From positions 1,609 through 65,608 of the IMG/VR virus record IMGVR_UViG_3300030372_003981: 64,000 nucleotides of DNA; one strand, 5' to 3'. Shown in pieces: positions 56,044-64,000 of the stretch; within the stretch, counting starts at the first letter, position 1, and every line of letters begins with the position of its first letter. Under the pieces are notes generated by a model. The model had not been told where the DNA came from, made no database searches, and was given only the letters and a program-made list of their open reading frames with translations. The position numbers were made by a program, and so were the translations under genes. This DNA comes from a virus. Lineage: Duplodnaviria; Caudoviricetes.

Positions 56044-59000
56044 TGGCAAATAATTTTTTTAAAAATTTAATGGACTCACCTCAACCAGAAAGTCCTAATC
56101 CTAAGGAACAGGTTGAGCAGTATGATGCAGGACAAACATCTGTGCAAACAGCAGAAGCTACACTACAACCACCTACACTTATTGACCAAACAGTTCCTTC
56201 TCCATCGCCAGAACCACAATCAGTTGTTAGTGCAGGAGATGACAGGAAATATGGTTTTGTAGAACAGGAAACATTTGACCAACCAGATATAATGGAGGGC
56301 TATCAGGCTCCTGTTGGTTATGATGAAATGCAAGCTGCCAGAAATGCAAATCTAAATAAATTTGATTTTTTTAGTGTATCAGAATATAGTAGTGATGCTG
56401 TTAAAATGGCTGCTCAACAATCTGATATACAACCCACACAAGATTATTCTTCAGTGGGAAAGTTGTGGAGAAGTGTTTCGGCTGGTGTTGGTTCACAAAT
56501 ATTTTCAGCAGCGGGAGATATTATAGATTGGGTTGATGGTATGTCAGATTATGTCACTGGAGAGGATATGGAAGGAAGAAGTGTTTTTGACTCTAAAGAA
56601 GAGGATGTGATGACACCTTACCAAAGAGGTGAAAAGTTTAGACCAAATATTGGCATGGTTAATCCATTAGCAAGTTTAAATAATGTGTCAGAATATTTTT
56701 TAGGAATAGACTTAACCGCTTCATTTACTGACGGATTAAGAAAAATTGGTAATGCTTTAGAAACTATAGATGATGGCGTTGAAGAACAATTTAGAAATGA
56801 ACATGGAGAAGAATTTTTTACTAGAGATGAAGAAGGAAATGTAAAAGTAGATTATTCTCAATTATTTGTATTAGACTTTTGGTTAACCAAAGTGGCTAAG
56901 CAAATACCAAATATGGTTGTTTTTGCATATACTGGTGGTAAGGGTCAAGCTATAAGTAGAATGGCATATGCAAATTTAATGGCAAAAGAAACTGTTAAAA
57001 AACTAGGTGTAAAAGGAGCTGTTAAAAACTTAAGACAGGCTGAGGTTGGTTTTAAAATGTTTGGAACTAAATTTACAGGACTGGGTATTGCAGAGTTCCT
57101 TGGTGGTGGTATTGGAGCAAACTTATCAGAAGGAGCTGTTTTGGCTGGAGACGCGTATAAAAGAGCGTTAGAAGAAGGGTTAGATAGAGACCAAGCAGCA
57201 ACTGTGGGTTTAAGAGTTATGAGAGATAACGCAAAGTATATGGCTATTGACGCCATGCAATACGCAATATTTGACAAAGGTTTTGGTTCTATAGGTAGAA
57301 AGGTTAAAAGCGCGGAAAGGGTAAAAATGGGAACTGGAGTAACATTTAAATCTGGTATGGCAGACTTTTTGGTTGGTAGTGGTTTAGCTGTTACTTCTGG
57401 AAAGATGGAAGAGTTTCAAGAAATATATCAAGATTGGAGAGTAAATACTAACCTTGCTTTAATGAAGGGTGAAGAACCAATGGAGTATTGGGATTATTTT
57501 CATAGTCCTGAGGTGGCAGAAACAAGACTTGTGTCGTTTGGTATGGGTTTTGCGACAGGGGGTATAGGTACAATAAAAACAGCTATAAATGACTTTGCTA
57601 TAGCATCTAATATTATAGATGAAAAAATAGAAGCTTCAGGCTTAGGGGAAGACGGAACAGCACTTATGTTTGCAAAGGCTGCTGAAGAAATAGAAAAAGG
57701 AGGAACGGAAGGTGGTCAATATACAGAGGCAGAAATTCAAATAAATAAAAAACATCAAGCTATTGAAAGTGCATTATTAGGCTCAGTTGTTTTAGGACAG
57801 GTAGACCAGGGTAAAGCAAGAATAGAACAATTAGTGGAAAAGAAAAAACTTTCTAGACAAGAAGCTGACTCAGCTATTAAGTTAATGGAAGATATGAGTG
57901 AGGCTTATGATGTTTATGCAAATGCATTCCTTAATGGAATGCCTATTGAACACAAAAAAGAAGTTGCTAGATTGGGGTATAGGCTTGCTATGGAGAGAAA
58001 GATTATGGAAGAAACTAATTCTACCTATGAATCTCAAAAGGAAACTGTAAAGGCTGATACTACTAGAACAGAAAAACAAAAACAAACAGAAATATCTCGT
58101 ATAGAAAAAGAACAAAAGAAAGCTATGGATTTGTCACAAGAAACCATACAGGGGTATCAAGGTGGAATAGAACAAGTTCGTGTAGATGCTTTAGCTTATT
58201 TAGAAGGTTTGGCTTTAGAGTCTAAAAATAAAAGACAAGATAAAGTAAATGAAATGAGACAGCAAGAGGCTGCTGATGAAATTACTAAAGAAGAGGTTTC
58301 AGAGGCACAAAAAGAATCTGCTGAACAGCTTTCACCTAAACAAAGAGAAAAAAGAATTAAGGAGATAGATAAGCAGATTAAAGGATGGAAAGATACTTTA
58401 AAAGGCGATGATGCCGCTCTTCTTGATGACAATAGAGGAACAAAAAGAAATGATGTTATTAAAGAAATTAATAAATTAGAAGCAGAAAAAACTGCACTTC
58501 AGGATTTAGACAAAAAACAAACTAGAAAAAAAGCCAAAGCTAAAAAGTTATCTAATAATCAAAAGGAGTCAAGAGATAAAAGAACCAAAACACAAAAGCC
58601 AATAGAGGGTGATGTGGGTACAATAGCTAGTATTAGAAGGCAAATGGGAGAACGGTATTATGGTGCTGAAGCAATTATAAGAAAAAGATTAAAAGAAAAG
58701 GGAGTCCCACTTACTGTATATACTAATTTTAATAAATCTAAAAATGGTCTTAGACATCTTGGTTTATCTATAGGAATGTCAGTATACTTAGATGCTAATA
58801 GGGCAACACAGGAAGCGTTTTTTCATGAGTTAGCACATGTATATCTATATCAATTTTGGGATAGCTCCCCAGTTAAAGCTTTAAGAAAGTTAGTGTTAAC
58901 ACAGCCTGTAATGAATACTGTTAAAAACTTATACTTTACAGAGTTAGTATTTGACAATGGGAAAACATTAGAGGAAATTAGCATGTCTGATAAGGACATA

Positions 59001-62000
59001 AAAACATATGCTGCCTGGTCAGAACAAAATCCTAATAAGCAAAATACAGAATATATAGATTATGTAGTAAAAGAGGCGGCTAAAAAGAATATTAATATTA
59101 AACCAGACTCTCAACAAAATACAATTATAGAAGAAGCTGTTGTTATGGTTATGGCTATGTCTGCAAATAATCAAGACCTAAGTGGACTTGTTGATATTAG
59201 CTCAAGAACAAGATGGAAAAACAACATGAAGAAATTCTTTGGTAATACTTTTAATTTTTATAAGAAAAAATTTAGTAAAAAAGAATCAAAAGAAATATTA
59301 GAAGATACAGGTAATGAGGAGTTAGCAAACACTAAAGATGTTTTAAAGGAAGTTATGGACGACTATAACAAACAACTATTGGGTGGTAAAGGTAAGTTTG
59401 AGTTTAGGAGAAATAAACCTTCATTTGCTAGCAAGATGAATGTGTTAGAAGATAGAGATAATGTTGCAGTGGCAGGTACAGTAAGAGAGTTGTTTGCAGC
59501 GTATTGGTCAGAAGATAAGTTTAATTTATCACAAGATGCAAAAGGAAAATATACTGCAGCTTCTATAAAGAAATATCAAAAATGGTCAATAGACACATTA
59601 AAAGATATTAGTAATGATATGGCTAACATGGAAAAGTCTGGAGCCATTAAAAGAGAGGAGCACCAAAACTTTAAAGACAATAAAGTTTATTATTTAAACG
59701 AGCTTATACTTCAAAAATTAAAATTAAGACAAGCTGTAAAGCAAGGAGAGATAAGTGAAAACTGGGTAGACAATTATTTAGAAACTAGAAACAAAGAAAA
59801 CGAAAGTATATCAAAATGGAATAAAGAGTTTTCTAAAATAGCCCCAGAAATAAGAGGAGAAAACAATGTAGAACATATTGTAAGAAGGTCTCTGTGGAAC
59901 AGTATACACCCACAAGGACAAAATATACCTCTTAGTCAATTTAAAGAAAAGATAGAAGACCTTAGAAGTAAATGGAAAGATGGTAAAGGAATGAAGGATG
60001 GAAAGCCAACCATGACTATGCAAGAAGAGGTTCTTATAAGATACATACAGTATGTAGAACAGGCATACAGAAACGAAGGTTCTAATCCAAAAAATGTTGT
60101 ATCTGACTTACACCATGATATAAGTGGTTATAAGAAAATAGATTGGATAACTTACTATGAAGATAAAAATGGTAAAGTTCAGGTTAATAAGCATAAAGGC
60201 GCACAAATACTTTTAGGGGAAACATATGCTAAGGCAGAAGAAAGTAGAAGGCAAGATATAGTAAATATCTTTCAAAAAGATTTTAGTAACCCCAAAGCGT
60301 ATAATCAGTATCTTAAAGATATAGTTGATTTAGAAAGTAATTTAAAGTCTGCAAAGGATGAACGTGTAAAAAGAAAGATAGCGTCTGAATTTGTTTATAA
60401 AAACTTTTTAACTGACGAGGTAAAGGACACTATTGTGCCGTCTGATTTAGTAGACACTAATGCAATTACTAGTATTATACAAGATAATGCTGGAAAATTA
60501 ATTGAGGACACAGCGTTATTTAGAGTAGATGGAGTGTTTACTAGATATAAGAATAATATTAATAAGCTTAGTAGTTTGGCTCAAAAGTCTTTGGCTAGAC
60601 CTACAGATGAGCAAAAATGGGGTAAAGCTAAACTTGAAAGAATAGGAAACACCACTGTAGTTTTAAGGGCAGACAACATAAATGTTAAAAGTGTTGGTGG
60701 CATGCTAACATCTTTAAACTCTATAGCAGAAAGTATTACTGCTGCTCAGTCAGAAGCTCAGTTTGATTCTATGATTAAGATGCCAGGTGGAGAGATGACA
60801 GCAAACATATCTAAAAAACATCAAGCAGATATAGTGGTTAATCAGATAAGCCAGCTAGCTCAAACCGAAGAAGGAAAGAAACAGTTAAAAAAACTATATC
60901 CTAAAAATCCATTAATTGACAGGTTAATAAAAGAAGGTGTAGAATTAGACATAAAACAAATAATAGGAGGTAACTCTTTTAGAGATGGCGTGAGTTTTGA
61001 TGCAGGAAAACAATCTGCTCAAATGATGACAAAACTCCATATAGGAGAAATATTTAGAGCTATACAAGAAGGCTCAAATACATATAGTCAATCTATTTCT
61101 ATTTTTAGTGATAAGTCTATGGACTTACATTTAAATAATGCACCACTATATAGTCCAGATGTTGCTATTAAAATGGCAACAAAACTATTTGGAAAGAAAA
61201 ATGTGCAACAATTTATTAACGACTTTAAACAGGTGGCACCTGAAGAGATGCATAATAATGCAGCACAAATATCCCTAACCTATGCTATAAACAAATATCA
61301 TGCCAGAGATATAATTGTCGGACCACAAAGTTATTTTAAAGGAATTAAAGATTATGTTAAAAGGGCAGCAGGTGCTGTAGCTATGCATGTAGGATTTGGT
61401 AGTGATACTAGAATTGAACCTATTATGCTTAGAGATGTATATCCTGAATTTAATGTTGGTGGAGAAACTATAAAGCTAAATGCAACAGATGCGGCTTCAT
61501 TTATTTTACCAAGACATGCTGATGTGGTTCAGTCTAAATATGGGGCTAGAAATGTTGGTAGACACTATAAGTTTGTTTATTATGGACAAAACCTAGACAA
61601 CACTACCTTTGCAAACAAGGTTGGGAATAGACATCCTTTTTATTTAAAAACAAACACTTTTGTTTTAACTGATGAGTTTGTAGAAGCAAACCCTGGATAT
61701 AAATCTATAAGGGACGCGCTAGAAGCTAGAGCTGAGGCAACAGCTACATCAGAAAAGTTTGTATTACCTATGGTGGTATTTGAATCTGCCAATAAGGTTC
61801 TTAGTGAAAAGGGTTCTGGTATAGAGAAAGAGCTTATATCATTAGAGGAGTTAGAAACTAAACTTAAAGACAATACATTTAATCAACACCAAGATGACCT
61901 ATTTACATTTGATGGTCAACATGGATTAGATGGTTCGTATCTTGGAATACAAACAGAACTTGATAGAAGGGGTGAAACAGCTTCTGTGTCTAAACAATTA

Positions 62001-64000
62001 AGACACATGTTATATTCTAATCCTGATTTAGTTTCTGAAGCCAACCAAGTGTTAAACGATTTAATAGATGCATATAAGTCACAAAAGTCTTCTGTGTTTT
62101 CTAAGTTTGGTTTTAAAGGAAAGGTTTTATCTAAAGAAGATTTAAATAAAATAGTAGATAATGTATTTGATATAGCAGATAGAGATGCATATGGTGATTA
62201 TGTTGTTGAGTTATTAAGAGATGGTGGTTTAGATAGCGGAAACCTTAAGGTAATAAAACAAATTATAACTAAAAATATAATTAGAAAAGCTGTACAAATG
62301 CGTGGTCCAGGTGGATTAGGTATACAGTTTAGTGACTTTGGTGTTAAAAATGGACTTAAACATTATGTAAGAGACGAACAAACGGGTGATGTAACACAAG
62401 AGGCAGAGATAATATTAGATAAATCTGTATTACAAGATTCAGGTTTAGATGTTGAGGTGGGAGATATTGTTATGGTTCAAAGAATACCAACATCAAAATT
62501 AGGTGATGGTGTGGTTTGTAAAGTTGTTCAGGTAACAGAGAACCTTGGAACTATGGCTTCTATATCTGCAGCAACATCTGACTTGTTGGGTTCTGATTTA
62601 GATGGAGATTCTTTACATATAGTTGGTAGACATAGAACAGCTAAAAATGCTAAACAAGAGGCGTGGAATAAGTCATTTGACTCTATGGTTGACTTTATTA
62701 AGGATGGGCGAAATGAAGTTTATACAGAAGCTGGTATTAATGAACTTGAATCCAAAATAGAGGCTTTTAAGGAAAATAATTCTGTGCCAGATATTAATTT
62801 GAATGATTTAAGTGTTTTAGGAAATCAAAATCTATACATATCTAATATAGGAAGTGGTGACATGATTGGTAGGGCGGCCATAGCAAACAACTCACATAAA
62901 CTGTTTAGTGCTTATGGTTTGCAAGGACCAGAGTTAATGCTTAATGGTAAGCCTGTAGACAGGTCTTATGTAGATAAGGGTAAATCAGGATTGACGCTAG
63001 CATATATACTTAATATGTTTTTAGATGACGCTAATAAAGGCTTTGCTTCTGATTTAAATCTTAATAGACACACCTTTGAAACTGCTATAGAATTAGCTTC
63101 ACGAAACGTTTCTTTTGAAAATGTTCTAAAAGTTATTAACAACTCTGAAATGAGAAGTATGGTAGCTGAGGCCGAAAGAAAACAAATAAGCATAGTAGAT
63201 GTAGCAAAAGACAAGAACACAGAGATAAGTCGTTTAGTTCTAAACACAAACGATAGACAGCATTTAAATAACCTTGGCACAATAAGAAACCTTAGTAATT
63301 TAGACACTCGTATGCCAAGCACTACAGCTGAGGGTGTAGAGATGATAGACTCATTAATAAACCTATCATATGGTGTTCGTAAAACAAGGTTTGATAAAGT
63401 TTTAGCAAAGTCTACATTAGAACTTGGTGGTTTAATTACAGTAAACAAAGAAACTACACCAGAAAATTTACAATTAATTAAACAAAAATTATTCTTAGGA
63501 GACTTTAATTATATAAAAAATAATATAACATTTGCAAACCCCATGCTTCAAGCAAACTTTGATACACTTTTACAAACCGTAGAAAATCAAAGAAAGATAG
63601 ACCCTGCATATACTAATGGGTATTATCAAATTGTAAATCGTATTTTCCCCTTAAACAGATTGTTTGATGTTAACATGCCATTTGGTATGACCAGAAAAAA
63701 AAGAGTGGAGGCGATAGAAAAAATAGAAAACAGAATAAGAACCAATAGACTTATGCGTTCTGATGCATATAACACCCTGTCTTTCAATGGATTAGAGAAT
63801 GTTATTATGGATGGTTTGCTTCCAGCTGATATAACTAAAAAGAATCCAGAATTAATGTTAGCTATACAAGAGCTTGAAGATTCTATTAGTGATAATATAT
63901 CAGTGGAACAACAAATGCATAGTGTTATAAACTATTTAAATGGTTTAGCTAAAGCAGACCCAGTAAAATATGAATACATATCTAAAGTTCTTAGAATTAA
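56043..64000 (+). CDS. Giant virion RNA polymerase polyprotein (partial, >2650 aa) with zincin-like HExxH
   Basis: ATG at 56043 (TAATG coupling); in-frame at all points checked and open at the window end; HELAH at 58824-58838, VQRIP and GSDLDGD (DLDGD 62595-62609). Confidence 0.9.
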   Translation, partial: MANNFFKNLMDSPQPESPNPKEQVEQYDAGQTSVQTAEATLQPPTLIDQTVPSPSPEPQSVVSAGDDRKYGFVEQETFDQPDIMEGYQAPVGYDEMQAARNANLNKFDFFSVSEYSSDAVKMAAQQSDIQPTQDYSSVGKLWRSVSAGVGSQIFSAAGDIIDWVDGMSDYVTGEDMEGRSVFDSKEEDVMTPYQRGEKFRPNIGMVNPLASLNNVSEYFLGIDLTASFTDGLRKIGNALETIDDGVEEQFRNEHGEEFFTRDEEGNVKVDYSQLFVLDFWLTKVAKQIPNMVVFAYTGGKGQAISRMAYANLMAKETVKKLGVKGAVKNLRQAEVGFKMFGTKFTGLGIAEFLGGGIGANLSEGAVLAGDAYKRALEEGLDRDQAATVGLRVMRDNAKYMAIDAMQYAIFDKGFGSIGRKVKSAERVKMGTGVTFKSGMADFLVGSGLAVTSGKMEEFQEIYQDWRVNTNLALMKGEEPMEYWDYFHSPEVAETRLVSFGMGFATGGIGTIKTAINDFAIASNIIDEKIEASGLGEDGTALMFAKAAEEIEKGGTEGGQYTEAEIQINKKHQAIESALLGSVVLGQVDQGKARIEQLVEKKKLSRQEADSAIKLMEDMSEAYDVYANAFLNGMPIEHKKEVARLGYRLAMERKIMEETNSTYESQKETVKADTTRTEKQKQTEISRIEKEQKKAMDLSQETIQGYQGGIEQVRVDALAYLEGLALESKNKRQDKVNEMRQQEAADEITKEEVSEAQKESAEQLSPKQREKRIKEIDKQIKGWKDTLKGDDAALLDDNRGTKRNDVIKEINKLEAEKTALQDLDKKQTRKKAKAKKLSNNQKESRDKRTKTQKPIEGDVGTIASIRRQMGERYYGAEAIIRKRLKEKGVPLTVYTNFNKSKNGLRHLGLSIGMSVYLDANRATQEAFFHELAHVYLYQFWDSSPVKALRKLVLTQPVMNTVKNLYFTELVFDNGKTLEEISMSDKDIKTYAAWSEQNPNKQNTEYIDYVVKEAAKKNINIKPDSQQNTIIEEAVVMVMAMSANNQDLSGLVDISSRTRWKNNMKKFFGNTFNFYKKKFSKKESKEILEDTGNEELANTKDVLKEVMDDYNKQLLGGKGKFEFRRNKPSFASKMNVLEDRDNVAVAGTVRELFAAYWSEDKFNLSQDAKGKYTAASIKKYQKWSIDTLKDISNDMANMEKSGAIKREEHQNFKDNKVYYLNELILQKLKLRQAVKQGEISENWVDNYLETRNKENESISKWNKEFSKIAPEIRGENNVEHIVRRSLWNSIHPQGQNIPLSQFKEKIEDLRSKWKDGKGMKDGKPTMTMQEEVLIRYIQYVEQAYRNEGSNPKNVVSDLHHDISGYKKIDWITYYEDKNGKVQVNKHKGAQILLGETYAKAEESRRQDIVNIFQKDFSNPKAYNQYLKDIVDLESNLKSAKDERVKRKIASEFVYKNFLTDEVKDTIVPSDLVDTNAITSIIQDNAGKLIEDTALFRVDGVFTRYKNNINKLSSLAQKSLARPTDEQKWGKAKLERIGNTTVVLRADNINVKSVGGMLTSLNSIAESITAAQSEAQFDSMIKMPGGEMTANISKKHQADIVVNQISQLAQTEEGKKQLKKLYPKNPLIDRLIKEGVELDIKQIIGGNSFRDGVSFDAGKQSAQMMTKLHIGEIFRAIQEGSNTYSQSISIFSDKSMDLHLNNAPLYSPDVAIKMATKLFGKKNVQQFINDFKQVAPEEMHNNAAQISLTYAINKYHARDIIVGPQSYFKGIKDYVKRAAGAVAMHVGFGSDTRIEPIMLRDVYPEFNVGGETIKLNATDAASFILPRHADVVQSKYGARNVGRHYKFVYYGQNLDNTTFANKVGNRHPFYLKTNTFVLTDEFVEANPGYKSIRDALEARAEATATSEKFVLPMVVFESANKVLSEKGSGIEKELISLEELETKLKDNTFNQHQDDLFTFDGQHGLDGSYLGIQTELDRRGETASVSKQLRHMLYSNPDLVSEANQVLNDLIDAYKSQKSSVFSKFGFKGKVLSKEDLNKIVDNVFDIADRDAYGDYVVELLRDGGLDSGNLKVIKQIITKNIIRKAVQMRGPGGLGIQFSDFGVKNGLKHYVRDEQTGDVTQEAEIILDKSVLQDSGLDVEVGDIVMVQRIPTSKLGDGVVCKVVQVTENLGTMASISAATSDLLGSDLDGDSLHIVGRHRTAKNAKQEAWNKSFDSMVDFIKDGRNEVYTEAGINELESKIEAFKENNSVPDINLNDLSVLGNQNLYISNIGSGDMIGRAAIANNSHKLFSAYGLQGPELMLNGKPVDRSYVDKGKSGLTLAYILNMFLDDANKGFASDLNLNRHTFETAIELASRNVSFENVLKVINNSEMRSMVAEAERKQISIVDVAKDKNTEISRLVLNTNDRQHLNNLGTIRNLSNLDTRMPSTTAEGVEMIDSLINLSYGVRKTRFDKVLAKSTLELGGLITVNKETTPENLQLIKQKLFLGDFNYIKNNITFANPMLQANFDTLLQTVENQRKIDPAYTNGYYQIVNRIFPLNRLFDVNMPFGMTRKKRVEAIEKIENRIRTNRLMRSDAYNTLSFNGLENVIMDGLLPADITKKNPELMLAIQELEDSISDNISVEQQMHSVINYLNGLAKADPVKYEYISKVLRI

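Noticed and set aside
62966-63448. 160-aa antisense ORF and other minus-strand ORFs at 56945-61873
   Set aside because: They lie opposite the continuous vRNAP frame and have no motifs or start context
1-64000. Stop-codon reassignment (TAG/TGA), common in some crAss-like phages
   Set aside because: TerL, portal, MCP, muzzle and vRNAP read full length in the standard code and genes pack tightly
1-64000. tRNA genes, CRISPR arrays, integrase, reverse transcriptase/DGR
   Set aside because: No cloverleaf with a T-loop consensus, no repeat-spacer array and no recognisable motifs seen by eye; a tRNAscan-SE run would be the proper check

Overview
A 64-kb, AT-rich segment of a lytic crAss-like (Crassvirales-related) phage, inferred to infect an aquatic Bacteroidota host. 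The host inference rests on TAnnTTTG promoters, A-rich start contexts without Shine-Dalgarno sites, and T9SS-type C-terminal tails. The standard genetic code fits. There are three blocks. (i) 1-16395 (+): accessory virion proteins, an exported/outer-membrane module, tail-fibre-like proteins, lysis genes, small basic proteins and a metallophosphoesterase. (ii) 16441-27719 (-): a compact early/replication block with DnaB, an initiator-like protein, RecE-like exonuclease, Sak4-like ATPase, RusA, NinB-like, HNH and an amidoligase/GATase/GGCT trio; no DNA polymerase or primase is in view. (iii) 28272->64000 (+): the crAss-like core in canonical order: TerL, portal, scaffold, MCP, ring proteins, IHF-like, muzzle/stabilization protein, ejected cargo proteins and a giant virion RNA polymerase ORF (56043 to beyond the window) that the ORF track misses. 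The most unusual observations are a phage-encoded beta-barrel plus two T9SS-CTD-bearing secreted proteins, a shared C-terminal Q-x-D-stop tag with [YF]xxGG motifs on unrelated small basic proteins, a probable structured RNA in the early region, promoters placed for leaderless translation, and three paralog families. All functional calls come from motif recognition by eye; no database searches were run.
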